Positions 30,200-44,568 of a stretch of DNA of 64,000 nucleotides are shown here, piece after piece. A program made the position numbers and the translations under genes. The notes under the pieces were generated by a model. The model searched no databases and was not told where the DNA came from. It was given only the letters and a program-made list of their open reading frames with translations. Origin of the DNA: the human T2T-CHM13v2.0 reference genome, Homo sapiens; assembly GCF_009914755.1 (NCBI RefSeq), contig NC_060934.1; one strand, 5' to 3'. Within the stretch, counting starts at the first letter, position 1. Each line of letters opens with the position of its first letter.

Positions 30200-32398
30200 A
30201 CTTTATGCTTGAAAGCCTCAGCAAATTTTGCATAGAAGGGACATACTTATAGTAATAAAAACCATCTATGACAAACCCACAGCCAACATTTTACTGAATG
30301 GGGAAAAGTTGAAGACTTTCCCCCTGAGAACTAGAACAAGACAAGGAGGCTCACTCTCACCACTTCTATTCAACATAGTACTGAAGTCCTAGTCACAGCA
30401 ATCAGACAAGAGAAAGAAATAAAGGACATCCAAATTGGTAATGAGGAAATGAAGCTGCTGTTGTTTGCCAGTGACATGATTGTATACCTAGAAAACCTTA
30501 AAGACACAACCAAAAAGCTCCTAGAACTGGTACATGAATTCAACAAAGCTTCAGGACACAAAATTAATGCACACAAATCAGTAGGGCTGTTATACACCAA
30601 CAGCAATCAGGCTGAGAATCAAATCAAGAACTCAACCCCTTTTACAATAGCAAAAAGGAAAAAAAAAAAACACTTTAGGAATACACTTAACCAAGGAGGT
30701 GAAAGACCTCTATAAGGAAAACTACAAAACACTGCTGAAAGAAATCATAGATGACACAGATGGAAACACATCCCATGCTCATAGATATGTAGAATCAGTA
30801 TTGTGAAAATCACCCTACGGCCAAAAGCAATCTACAAATTCAATGCAATTCCCATCAAAATACCACCATCATTCTTCACAGAACTAGAAAAAAACAAACC
30901 TAAAATTCATATGAAATTCATATGGAACCAAAAAAGAGCCCAAATAGCCAAAACAAGACTAAGCAAAGAACAAATCTGGAGGTATCACATTACTCAACTT
31001 CAAACTATACTATAAAGCCACAGTCACCAAAACAACATGGTACTAGTATAAAAATAGGCATATAGATCACTAGAACAGAATAGAGAACCCAGACATAAAG
31101 CCAAATACTTAGAGTCAGTTGATCTTCAACAAAGCAAACAAAAACAAAAAATGATGAAAGGACACCCTGTTCAACAAATGGTGCTGGGATAATGGGCAAG
31201 ACACATGTAGGAGAATGAAACTGGATTCCTCATCTCTTACTTTATACAAAACTTCAATTTAAGATGGATCAAATACTTAAATCTAAGACCTGAAACCATA
31301 AAAATTCTAGAAGATAACATTGGAAAAAACCCTTCTAGACACTGGCATGGGAAAAGACTTGATGAACAAGAACCCAAAAGCAGATGCAACAAAAACAAAG
31401 ATAAATAGATAGTACTTAATTAAACTAAAAAGCTTCTGCACAGCAAAAGAAATAATCAGCAGAGCAAACAGACAACCCACAGAGTCGGAGAAAATCTTCA
31501 CAATCTATACATCTGACAAAGTACTAATATCCAGAATCTGAAGGAACTCAAACAAGTCAGCAAGAAAAAACAAACAATCCCATCAAAAAGTGAGCTAAGG
31601 ACATGAATAGCCAATTCTCAAAAAAGATATACAAATGGCCAGCAAATATGAAAAAAATGCCCAACATCACTAATTATCAGGGAAATGCAAATCAAAACCA
31701 CAATGCAATACTGCCTTATTCCTGCAAGAATGGCCATAATCAAAAAATCAATAAATAATAGATATTGGCATGGATGTGGTGAAAAGGAAACACTTTTACA
31801 CTGTTGGTGGGAATGTAAACTAATACAACCACTATGGAAAACAGTGTGGATATTCCTTAAAGAACTAAAAGTAGATACACCATTTGATCCAGCAATCTGT
31901 CTCCTGGGTATCTACCCAGAGGAAAAGAAGTCATTATATAAAAAAGATACTTGCACAAGCACATTTATAGCAGCACAATTTGCAATTGCAAAAACACGGA
32001 ACCAGCCCAAATGCCGATCAATCAATGAGTGGATAAAGAAATTGTGGTATATATATATACCATGGAATATGACTCAGCCATAAAAAGAAATAAAATAATG
32101 ACATTTGCAGCAACCTGGATGGAATTGGAGACCATTATTCTAAGTGAAGCAACTCAGGAATGGAAAACCAAACATTGTATATTCTCACTCATAATTGAGA
32201 GCTAAGGTATGAGGACACAAAGGCATAAGAATGATACAATGGACTTTGGGGACTCGGGGGAAAGGGTTGGGGGGTGAGGAATAAAAGACTACATATTGGG
32301 TACAGTGTACACTGCTTGGGTGATGGGTGCACCAAAATCTCAGAAATCACTACTAAAGAACTTAATCATATAACCAAACACAACCATTTCCAGAAACA
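30200..32398 (+). mobile_element. L1PB1 LINE, 3' part (RT, C-terminus, 3'UTR)
   Basis: [15 protein letters not shown] (RT FADD motif) 30449-30715; [14 protein letters not shown] 31685-32083; L1PB 3'UTR gggtgatgggtgcaccaaaatctcagaaatcac. Confidence 0.93.
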
Positions 32399-33600
32399 TT
32401 GGACAGAATGACTTATGTGAAAGCAAGATGGAAACCTGGAAAGCATCCTTCAGCCAGAGAAAGGTTAGGGTTAGAAAAGCCCATTGAGAAGTGGAGAGCT
32501 GCCTGATACCCACAGAGGCCAAAGAAGCACCAGTAAAGCTTTCTTCATCCTGGATCATTTGCTTATAAGTGCTTGCAAAGCAATAAAAAGGAATGGCTTG
32601 TTCTCTTCTCCAGTACTAGGGTTAGCTTAGGATAACAAGTTGATAGGCACCCTGAAAGAAAAATGCTGGAGCAGAGTGTAATGTGTTCCATTGCTCCAGT
32701 ATTCCTCAGAGCAGCAGAGTGTAAGAGACATTCTCATATGGCAATATAGTTTAGCCCCAAACCATACCGCGCCTGGTTGTGCCCAGTCCCAGAACCATAT
32801 TCTACCTAGAGAGGTAAGATCTAGGAATATGTTCAAAATTGTTTCCTTCATGTAAAAGCCAATAAATGCATTAGGGGGCTTTTAAAAAGCTTTTTTCTTG
32901 TTTATAAGAAATATAAATAATTGAATTTGAGTTTAGGGCCTCAGTTTGGGGGCAGGTTTTAAAGATTGGTTCCAGTCCCACTGAATTTGCAGCGACAGTG
33001 AGAGAGCACACACACACATGCGTGCACGCATACACATATGATGGCATTTTGAGGATGCCAGCCTATTATTCACCCAGGATGATTCCAGGTAAATGAAGGG
33101 AACAGGAAGGAAACAGTTTCCAGAAGACAGAGGTATACCAAAAGGAAGCCACCGCTTTGGGGAAATTGAAAAAAGGTTAGTGAAATTACACAGACGGCCT
33201 ACAACACTCTTCATGAATAACACATGAGCAAACTAAAAATAAGACAGCCCTCCATAATGCTGTGTATTTATGAGGCAATAGAACATGTAAATAGATCACT
33301 TATTGGGGACATCTTAGGCTATTTGAATGGCTATCTAATTAAGGGAAGTATTTGGTATCTGTAGATATATAGATGGGGCGGAGCTCCCATTGAATGATAT
33401 AATTTATGTTTGACACTTAAAGTGCATATTTAAATCTTTTAGAAGGACTGTAGTAATTCTATCTCATCACCATCTATGAAATGACTGAGGGCCAGTATAC
33501 CCAATTAGGCAGGTGACAGGCAGGATTAGAGGAATAAGACAAGCTGAGCTGTAAAATTTCCTTTTACCTCCTGTCCTCAAAGGTCTCATGTGTATTTAGG

Positions 33601-33907
33601 CAGAGGTTGCACATCTGTAGCCCAGCCTCTGGTGAGAATTTCTGTTGCTTTTGACCCCTCTACACTCCTGGTTTAAAGAGTCAGATTAGTAGCCAACATT
33701 TTAAAACTAGGATATCACTGGAATTTCCAACTTCTCTGGTTGAAATGGAAAGACCCAACAACATCAGGCTTGTGTTTTTGCATGTCTATAATTAATTGGA
33801 GTTGAGTAGCAACTCCCACATGAAACTGGACATGTAGTTTTTGTTTCCGTAGGCCCTCACCTGGTTTACTTCATTTATGGACTTTCCATTTGGATTTGTA
33901 ACCCCTG
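33601..33907. mobile_element. MER102-type hAT-Charlie element
   Basis: Terminal inverted repeats cagaggttgca / tgtaacccctg; gccaacattttaaaa..ggagttgagtagc body. Confidence 0.7.
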
Positions 33908-34039
33908 ATTTGGAGACATTTATGCAGGCCTGTCCTTTTACCACCACTCTTTTTGCTTTATGGGGAAATGTGGGGAGGTAAGGTAATCCCAAAGCGCTGG
34001 GATTACAGGGGTAAGCCACCATGCTTGTCCAGAAAAATA

Positions 34040-34165
34040 TTATTAATTCAATTTTACAAATATTAATTTAATACCTACAAATCGCTCTGCAAGACATATG
34101 GGAGGGAGGACACATGGAAATAAGGGCATGGGAAACAAAAGACATGGTTCTTACTCCCAAAAAAT
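34040..34165 (-). mobile_element. L2 3' fragment
   Basis: caaatattaatttaatacctac ... aaagacatggttcttactccc. Confidence 0.5.
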
Positions 34166-34689
34166 CCAGGAGAGGCAATTAATATTTATTTAACAAGTAG
34201 TGAATTTGAAACAAAAATGTAGTAGTACACATAAACAATTTGCAATCACTTGCTAGATTAGAGAAAAAAGAAAATTACATGCTATCAGATTTCATCATGA
34301 AAGCTGTTTTCTGTGGATAAACAAAGATGAGAAAATGGTGAATATTGTCAGTTTTCTGAAGGAAACTTTTGAGTAATTGTAAAGAGGTTGATAGTACTTG
34401 TTCCCTTGGAATCACTCTTCTTAAGGTACTTTTAAAATAGTTTGAACCATTATATTCTTTTTCTGTATTTCTTTTTAGGGATCTACAAAGGGTGGAGTGG
34501 AGGCAGAAGACAGAAGTAGACATGAAAATAGGAGAAAAGTGTAAAAAGAGAGAATGATGAGAAAGGGTTAAAAAGGATAGCATATGTGTTAAAAGTAGAT
34601 GTTTGAGTTGAAACTAATTGACATGAAAGAGAAATTGAGAGAGAGAGAGCAGCTGCTTATGTGTTCTTCATTTGAATATTGATGAAAAT

Positions 34690-36033
34690 GCTATAGACAC
34701 TTCTCTTATCAAGGTCAACAATATCTTCACATTGGTGAATCCAAAGATCAATTCTCAATTCTCATCTGATTTCTCAGAGCCATTTGAAGTGGATAATCCT
34801 CCCATCCTTCTAGAAATACTTTGGCTTTCAGGGCACCACACATTGCTGGGTTTCCTAACTTACTGGCTGCTCCTTGTCCATTTCTTCTGCTCATGTCCCC
34901 AATCTTAGTGCTAGGGGGCTCCGAAGGGTCATTGCTTGGGCTCCTTTGCTTCTCCACAAACCCTTAGTAATCTATTGCCTCATGGTTCTAAATACCATCT
35001 GCATGGTAATAAACCTCAGCCTTGAACTTCAGACTTTTGGATCCACAACATACTCAACATCTCCACTTGACAGTCCCATAAGTGTCTCAATTTTAACATA
35101 CACAGAAATAAATTTCTCATCTTTTTTCTCAAAGTGGCTTCTCCCTCAGTTTTTTCCACCTCAAATAGTGGAAACTCTATCCACTTTGGTTTAGGCCCCA
35201 AACCTTAGAATCATCCCTCACTTATTTCTTTCTCTCATCCCACATCTAATCTGAAAATTATTTATGACCTTAAAAATCCAAATTCATACTACTTCTCACT
35301 TCCATCACTTGTCATGTTTGTATAAGCCAGCATTATCTTTTCCCCGGGTTACGGCAATAACTTTCAGACTTTCATTCTCATCTCAGCAATAGTCAATCTT
35401 CAACACAAAAAAGAGATCAATTATTTTCATGTAGGAGATCACGTACATTCTCTGCTTAAAACCCTGTGACAGCTCCTCATCTTACTTGGAGAAAAATTTA
35501 AAGTCCTAAGAATGGCCTCCACACCTGTAAAACCTGGTAGCCCATTATCTTGCTGAGTTCATTTCCAACAATTCTCTCTGCTCACTATATTGCAACCCTA
35601 CTGCCCTTTTTGGTATTCATTGAGCATTCTAGACAAACCACTGCCTCAGGCCCTTTGCATTTACTGTTCCCTCTGCCTAGATTGCTTATACCATAGATAT
35701 GTATTTCCATTATTTGCTCAAAAGTTAGCTTCTCATTAAGACCTTTCTGAACCACCCTATTTAAAACTGGACTTTGTCAACCTGCAAGCGCCTCCAATCT
35801 CTCTTTTTTTTAAAAAAAAAAAAAACCTTTCTCCAAAGCACTTATTACTATATTACTCTTTTAATATATAATATCTTCTTTTTGCTTGTGCTTTTTTTAT
35901 ACCTCCACTAAAATGTAGGCTTCCTGAAGGAAAGCATTTTGTCTGTTTTACTCATTGCTCTATCCCCAGTACTCAGAGCAATACTTTACAAATAGAGGCT
36001 CAATAAAAATTTGTTAAATTAATAACTGAATAA
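34690..36033 (+). mobile_element. L2a LINE 3' ~1.3 kb
   Basis: RT relic DTSLIKVNN..FSEPFEV..ILLEIL; gggcctttgca-type motif; tail gctcaataaaaatttgttaaatt. Confidence 0.85.
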
Positions 36034-36131
36034 AAGGAGGAAGTAGTGTGACTAGTTCTTGGATCACATAGCTGCCTCGTTTAAATTCCAGGCAGCATCA
36101 TGGTTTCAAAAGAATCAGTTTCCTAAACAAT

Positions 36132-36468
36132 TGCTATGGTTTGAATGTGTCTCCGAAAATTCATGTGTTGGTAACTTAATCCTGAATGCCACAGTGTTAG
36201 GAGATGGGGCCTTTTGGGGAAGTGTTTACATCATGAGGGGGCCACCATCATGAATGAGTTAATGCCATTATAGAAGGGTTTGATGAGGGAGTGTAGTCCC
36301 CTTGCCCTTCTATCTTCTACCACATAAGGACACAGCAAGAAGGCCCAATGCCAGCATCCTTGATCTTGCACTTTCCAGCCTCCAGAACTGTGAAAAATAA
36401 ATTTCCTTTTCTTTATAAATTACCCAGTCTCAGATGTTCTGTTGTAGCAGCACAAATGTAATAAGACA
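36132..36468 (+). mobile_element. MST (MSTC/D-like) MaLR LTR
   Basis: tgctatggtttgaatgtgtc...ccagcctccagaactgtga...aagaca; near-TSD acaat/accat. Confidence 0.85.
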
Positions 36469-37152
36469 ACCATCAATTAGGATGCAAGAAGAAAGTTCAG
36501 GGAAGATTCCAACGTGTCATCATACTAGAACCCACTTGGCCTTTTTCGTTCTTTTTCACCTGGTGATGTGCCTTGCTCTATTCCCTCTCCACCCACCCCC
36601 CTGCCATGGGGACATATGCACAAACTGAGAGAAAGGTAGTTGGTACAACAGTTGAAGGTGATATGGGAGTCCTGCCACTTGCCCACATAGCTTTCTTGTG
36701 CTCACTAGACTTGCTTGTGCCTGATACCAGTGGTACCACTTCCATCTTATGAGGATTTCTATTGAGCCCTCTGAACCTTATGCCTTGATGGGTCTGGCAA
36801 GCCAGCCCCTGATGGGCATTCATGTCACATGGCCAGTTGCTGTATCATATCTAATACTTTATCTCTAATAGGGTTCAGTAGCATGCAAGGGAGCTGTTTC
36901 AGGATGGCCTAGAGTTCTCTGCAGTACGTAGAATGGCCTTGCTACAAATACGGACCTATGTTTCTCCTAATCCAATTTGCCATAAACTCTACATAACGTA
37001 CATTCTTAGCACAGGTACCTCTAATACCATAAGGCTTGGTAAGTCTGATGCCCCAAGTATCAGGGTTGCTTGTCCCATATCTTAGATTTTTTTCAGATCG
37101 CTTTCCTGCTCTGTCCCATTCAAAGCTGGAAGTCTTTCATATCTCTCAGTAA

Positions 37153-37458
<306 letters not shown>

Positions 37459-37847
37459 AGAAACAATATTTCTAAGTGTGGAATACATTGCATCCAGAGG
37501 CTAGAAAGACCTACAAGGCATTGTGCTTTCTTCATAGTTGGTGCCAGAGGGCTGGGGAGAAAAGTTATGAGATGCTATAGTTTGTCATTTACTTTGGTGG
37601 GGATGTCCCAGCATAACCCAGATCATTAGACTCCAAAAAATGTTCTTGAAGTGTCAAGCCCCTGAATATTCATAAGGTTTATCATTCTACCTTTTGGAGC
37701 ATATGTGTCTTACCAAGGCTTTGTAGCATGCTTCCACTTCTTATTCATACAATATAATTGACATATGTCATTGACTGAGAGGACTAATGTTCTGATCCAG
37801 GCACATACAGTTCAGGTCCCTTCAGACTATATCTTTTTCTCTCTGTC

Positions 37848-38147
37848 TTTTGTTGTTATTTTTAAAAATAATTTTGAGACAGCATCTTGCTTTGTTGCCC
37901 AGGCTGGAGTGCAGTAGCACAATCACAGCTCACTACAACTTTGGCCTCCCAGACTCAACTGGTCCCTCCACTTTAGCCTCTGGAGTAGCTGGGACTACAG
38001 GCATCTGCCACCACACCCAGATAATCTTTTTTTATTTTTTGTAGAGACGGCATCTTACCATGTTTCCCAAGTTGGTCTCAAACTCATGGGCTCAAGTGAT
38101 CTTGCCACCTCAACCTCCCAAAGTGTTGGGATTACAGATGTGAGCCA
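37848..38147 (-). mobile_element. AluJ
   Basis: aatcacagctcac, gggctcaagtgatc; diverged dimer. Confidence 0.9.
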
Positions 38148-40269
38148 GTTGGAAAAGAATGTACCTGACAGGTTAATATCAAGACACAATATAGCTGAAA
38201 TTGTAATTTGCCCTACCACATATATATCTGGCACTGTGGCTGCAATTGCAGCTACTTGTTGAGTTGAATTTTGGGTTATCTATTCTCATCCACCAGGATC
38301 CATTTGGTTTTCACGGGGGCATATCTTGGATGGAAAAGGGGGGAAATACAGTTTCTTAGTCTTCTACTTGGCTTTTCCCACTACAATAGCTCTTATCCTC
38401 ACAGCCCATAGAAGCATGTAAAGGTTCTGACAATTCTCAGGTATGTTTATTTCAATTATACATTCAGGGTCTGGGAGAATGACCAGGGAATAGGTCTGTG
38501 GACCTCAGTAGACTCATAATAGGCAGGACCTGGGCCAGAACTGCATTTATTACATGGCTCCCATCTAGCCCTACTCCAACAGGTGTCCATGATGATACTC
38601 TGGGTCCCCAGATATCAATGTTAATTTAGACTCTCTTTCAAACAGCTCTTGAAATGTTTGGATATTTATCTTTCTCCAACGTAGAATTATTTGAGTAAAT
38701 GTTTTGAGATTCCTTTATGGATGAACTGATGGAATCATTATCAAGCAACTTTCCCATGGTATTGTGGAATCTTTTTCCCTGGAACATGACCTTTCTATCA
38801 GTCAATATATTCTAGGTTTGGGAATGGTTCCAGTCAGGATATTGGACAAAAGATTACAAATTTTTATTGGAGTATTTACCATCAGCCTCTTGATCATCTG
38901 CCTTTGATTTCTTCTCACTGTACAATTTGAATGATACATTCACATGATGCCCATCTATCTTGGGAATATTCTATTCTACTTACCAACTTCATTGTAGTTT
39001 TCAGCTCAGCATCTTTGACTACCACTTTGACCTTACTAGTTATTATGAGAATGGTATCCTCCTTGCTTTTGTAATTTAAGTGGAGCCACCTGGCTTATAA
39101 GAGCTCAGGATCCTCTCATCCTCATTGTTATCAGGGAGCCCAGTTCTTTAAAAGAATCTTTTACTGCCCTGGTCTACCAAGGACAGCTGTCACTGAGCTT
39201 AAAGCTGCTTTCAGTAGCACATTCCTTATCACTTTGGTAAATGGATTGTCTTCCAGTCCCTTCCATGGGGCATTATTGACTTGTGCCTTTTCTGGGTTTG
39301 TGTAGTATATCCAGCCTAGCAGGCCTTTTGATCACTCCCTCCACCATCTGTCACATTTCTACTTCATTAGGTACTGGCTACTGCTTTTTCCAAGCTACCA
39401 AGAGCCATCCTAACAGTGAATTAGTACTGTCTCCTGGGGTTCTTGATGGGGTATAAATCCTGTATCACAGGACAGTGCTCACATATTTGATAAACTCATC
39501 CTATTGCAGCTCCTTATTCTGTCCTCCTTAATACAGAATCTTTGGGATGCTATCTCATCTAAACTTTCCTGGCTTCTGCTGGCACATGCTGGTGAAATAC
39601 TGCAGATTCCTTGATATATAGCCCTCAATTTCTCTTAGCAGACCCAGACTTTCCCAGGTGTATTGTATTGTATTGTAACTTTTCCCGTGAGCCAGTGGCC
39701 AGGAGGGAAAGCAGGTACATCACGACGTGTGCCATTTTGCATAGCAGAAGCTTGAGCATCTTCTTCAAACAAAAGTGGCATGATGAATCTAGCATTTAGG
39801 AGAGAGGAATGGACCATTTGTGAATGACTAAAGGGCTCAGGGGAAACTGAAGGAAACTAAAGATTCAATATTTTCCAATGCATCAGTCAATATGCTCCCA
39901 TCCAAGTCTTAATGTCCTATTCCTTCCCAATCAGGACACTGCCTTGCTGTAGCAAATATGCTGGCATTGAAAATTCAGTCTTCTGTGCAGTTTTGCCTCT
40001 GTGAGGTCCTCAACGTTTTTTGTCCTCTGGCTGTAAGAGATGAGTGTTTCTTTTTATATTACCAAGGAGGCCCTCAAGTTTTCACACCTCATCTTATATT
40101 GGTGATATTTCACCCTTAGACTTTCATTTTCATCTCAATTCTCCATTAGTGGGAGTTTTAACAATTTATCATAATTGCATAACCAGTGATAGGATTCTTA
40201 CTCTGAGGCTAGGTGATCCTTCTAAATCTCATTTTATAGTTGTGTTCCTATAACCACTTTGACAGAGAC

Positions 40270-40710
40270 TGTCTCAGGTTGGCTTCCTCAGGACACAAAC
40301 TCCAAGATGTTGAGATTTGCATGCATGAGGTTAATTGAAGAATGTGTTAAGTAACAACATCTCTGCTGAGTGAGAGTTGCAGAATAGGGCAGAGGAAGAA
40401 GTAGAATTGTGATGCAGTTGCAAGAGAGGCCTCAGTTGACCCAATGGTACAACATGGAGCTGTGCTGCTCTTTATAGTTGTCCTAATTGAGTAAAGACCA
40501 TTCCTACCTCAGCACCACCAGTTATTGGATACAGATGCTCCCTGAGAGTGGGATGCGTAATATTTGATGAGGTAGCTTATTTTAGCCTAGAACAATTCCT
40601 GGAGAGAAACTCAGTTTTGAACTATCAACCGTCTACACTTCTTGAAGCCCCAGAAATGAGTGTCTCAGTCTTGAAGAATTTGGGCAGTAAACCATAGAGC
40701 CTGCCTCTGT
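40270..40710 (-). mobile_element. LTR16-type ERVL LTR (5' LTR of the adjacent relic)
   Basis: tgtctcaggttggcttcc...gggcagaggaagaag..tgtgatgcagttgc..aggcctcag. Confidence 0.8.
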
Positions 40711-41979
40711 TCCCAATAGAGGCTTGTTCAATTAATGAGTGAATAGTCCTTTTTGGGTTATAATTTATTCCTTTTAAATTCTTTACAGCAATTAGCATAT
40801 CACCTTTAATATCATAATTACTTGATCAATATGCATTGAATGAATAAATGAAGGAATGAATTTTAGGACTATTATCCATCAGTGGCCATACTAGGCCTTA
40901 GTTAATACACTGGAGGTTTTAACTATAATCCTTCTGCATTGCAATTTTCCAAAGTGTGCTACTGTTACAATGAAGGATGATGTGGGTTTACCATTTGTGT
41001 GAAACAATGACTGAAGAAAGTCACTTTGAAATGTGGTGGTGTGAGTGGACAACAGTTGAACCCAATTTAATTTCTGTTCTGCTCTTCAGTCATGATGTCA
41101 GACCCTTGAGTGCCTGGTTGATGCCAATTCATTGACATGTACTGCCTCAGATAGAGGCTGAGTCTTGCGTGCTGTGGAAATGCCTAACAGCTTTATTCTG
41201 AATACTTAAGAGTATACCAGAAATGCTTTAAAATTCTTTCTTGGAAACAGATTGTTCATAACTGCTTTATTTCCCCTGTAAATACATAGTTTGTCACCAC
41301 ATGCTTTAATTCTTCATTAAACAATGTCAACATTCCACTTGGTAGAAATAATTGAACCCTTTCCTTAGGTGCAATTATCCTGATGAAGGTAATTAGTCAA
41401 TATAGCTACTTAAGAAGGAGCCCTGCATTTGGAAGGGATTCAACTTACATGTACCATGTAGTAGAAATTTAGCTTGGCACTAGATTCAACTTGGCAATAT
41501 GTACAGCCTCACTAAGTGTTCCTTGGTTATTTGGTTGGTTTTTCCTTTATTCCTATAAAGGTGATGTCTCAGGAACATCTAGCACAAAGAACACAGCATG
41601 AATTAATCCCAAAGCATACACGCTATGCAGACACAAATTATGTGTACATGTTATTTTTAAAAATAATGAAAACAAACATAAGAAATTAGAATTCTAATTT
41701 TGCTTTATTCTCTCCTGCCTATTTGCCATCTTATTAAACCTTCAGATAATGTTGTACATCCACATAAATCTCTCCTATGCCATCAACATTTGGAGTTTGG
41801 ATTTCACTAAACAAATATACAGTGAAGCAATTCTTTATTGGTTTGAGATCTGAAGCAGTTTGTGAGGATGGACACTTCCTTTCAAATATTAAACTTTTTA
41901 AGTGATACCCAAACCATTCTCTTTCTGGGTAAAGAGGTAAATAAATTAATTTAAAGGCTTTTAAATCTCCATTGCTAAA

Positions 41980-42336
41980 TTTTCTGGGGTGACAGGAATG
42001 CTCTATATCTTGATAGGAATTTGGGTCACACAGGTGTTTGCAATTGTCAAAATTCAGCTAATGATCCCTTTTACATCAAAGAAAAAGACTCAAGACACAT
42101 ATTGAACTCCAATGATATGTATTCTGAAATACGTATGGAGAAGTACCGATGTCGGCAATGTAATTTGAAATACATCAAAAAATAAGATGGGTTGATGGAT
42201 GAATAGAAGGATAAATAGATGGAGAGTTACATGATAAAACAAGTGGAGTGAAATATTAATGGCAGAATACAGGTCACAGATATAGGTGTTCTATGTAAAA
42301 TCATTTAAACTTTTCACAATAAAACATCGAAAAAAA
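41980..42336 (+). mobile_element. L1ME3-type 3' end
   Basis: ttctggggtgacaggaatgctctatatcttgatagg ... ttttcacaataaaa. Confidence 0.8.
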
Positions 42337-42588
42337 TTGCCACTGGCACTCCTCCTGCAGTGTCATTGAAGCAAACTTTGATCAAAATGGGCAGCAAGTA
42401 AATTTATCCAATGTTTATTTGGTACTTATCCTGGCAAAGCTTGGTGCTGAGAATGATATTTTGCTGGAAGTCCACACTTAGTCTTGCTCTACCCTTCACT
42501 GTGCTAGTGGAGCAGCTTCGCCCTTTCCTTCTGATTCTGATTTCAGCAGGAAGAATGTAAGCAAGTGTATCCCAATGCTCTCGGATTC

Positions 42589-42721
42589 ATTGATTGATTG
42601 ATTGACTCAACCATCCATCCTTCCATTCATCCATCCTCCACCCATTTATCCAACTTCCCTCCATCCATCCATCTATCCATCCATCCATCCATCCATCCAT
42701 TCTTCCTTCCTTCCATCCATA
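42589..42721. repeat. (GATT)n followed by imperfect (TCCA)n microsatellite
   Basis: Seen directly in sequence. Confidence 0.9.
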
Positions 42722-44128
42722 TCTGCTGTATTTCTCTCTTTGGTGCAAGCAATTTTAAAAGTTATCAAGACAGAATTCTGCAATTTGAAAAAACCTTATG
42801 GTGTCATGGGGATGTTAGCATCAAGTCAGAGGACTATTACTGAAAGTTCCACTCTGACCTTGTTTATTCACTCTGTCAGACAACATTATTTCAAAACCAG
42901 GGATGTGATATAAGATATATAAAAATATACTAGTCTGCATCTGGAACACTTCAAAAGTGGTGCTTTTGATTTTCATGGCTATTTCCAAAGCCACAAAATA
43001 TTCTAGTCATGAATAAAAAGCCAAGGCTTTCCTGTGGGAAACTTTAGAGGAAATCTAACAAAACTTTTCTCAATTGGAGTAAACCATTATATACTACTTA
43101 AAAGAATTTTAGTAGCATATAAAACCAAACTAAACCCTCTGAAAATCATGAGACCAAATCAAATGTTAAGTTTAGAATAGTCCCAACTGAATGCATCTCA
43201 CCCAGGTCCTGCCAAGGGAGTTACTGCTCCCTCCAGGGCTGTCTCTTTTTTTATTGGTTTTAATTAAGTTTTACAGGATAAATTAGTTCACCATTTTTGG
43301 ATAACATTTGCACACACAGATGAAAAGTTCTTCTTTTTTTTCAAATAAGTACTTTGTTGCTGAAATCGCAGTCTATGTGATTCAACTACTATTGAAACTC
43401 TAGTCAATAAAATGATCCAATGTAGTGGGAGGGAGAGAAGATGAATAAGAGAGTCAAAGAAAAAAAAAGGAAAGCAGAGGAAATAGAAAGGAATGTAATA
43501 TAGAAGAGGCAAGAAGAGAACAGAGAAAAACCAGGGAATGTAGGCGAAGGCATAGGGCTGTGAATAAGTTGGCTCCCTTAGTAACAGCCGAACATGGAAA
43601 ACTTATTGGCAAATATCAAACAAGTCTCTGATTCTCTTTGCTGCCACTCTGCAGTCAATAAACTGCTAGTTCAAAGTCTTCCTATCTTATTGTTTGCCAT
43701 TAGAAACAAGAGTGCAAGGTACTCTGTAATCCTAAGAACCAACGATCCAGATTCCTAACTATTGGCCCTTCTATATAATCTAGAATAGAAAAAAGATTTC
43801 TTTTACCTATTCCAACTTTGGTATTAAAATGCTTGAATGTTTTCCTTCACCTGTCTTTACCTCAACTCAGGTATATAATTAAAAATAAAATCAAACAAAA
43901 AAACTTTGTTGCACCAAAGATAGAACTAGAAGCTTACAGCAGTAGGTCCTTCCACATGATGGTGCTCATCTTTCTGTTTCTTATTTTCTGTCTTAAAAAC
44001 TGGAGTGACTGTGACTGGGGTTTTAAAATGATTTGGTTGATTATACATTTCTGATGGCATCACAGGATTTTAATATTGGGAGCTATTTAAGTTACATGGT
44101 GCATTTTGGGTGCTAAAGATGAAGAGGG

Positions 44129-44568
44129 TATCACAACTTGGTTATCCCTGGGTGCAAACTCAGAGATAGAGGTGAACGCACAGGAAGTTTTTTAGTGAAT
44201 GTTCATGTAATTGACATCTGTGTAATGAAAGAGAAGGAAGCAAGATTGGTCATAGGGAGAAGTCAGGCTGTGGTGAAGTCTCAATGAACGTCTTAGCCAA
44301 CTCACAGGGCTCTGGAGCTGAGAGGACACTCCACAGTTGTTCCTTTTTGGGACCAGGGCTGGGTCTTTATACTCATGGATTGGCCAGTCATTGGATACTG
44401 GCTCTTCTAGCAAGGCAGCATACTGTTTGGTGAAACAACTCTCTTTAGCAGAGGCACTTTCTGAAGAGGGTTGACAACTGAGGTCACCAGCAGCACTCAT
44501 AGCAACTGCAGATATAAATCCTGCCTTCCTAAAGGGAGATTTTCTGGCACATTACAGCATTCACTACA
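44129..44568 (-). mobile_element. LTR16C-like solo LTR
   Basis: aaggaagcaagattgg..gggagaag; ccagtcattggatac; ends acagcattcactaca. Confidence 0.8.

Noticed and set aside
32248-32279. G-quadruplex-forming tract
   Set aside because: It is the ordinary G-rich segment of the L1 3'UTR
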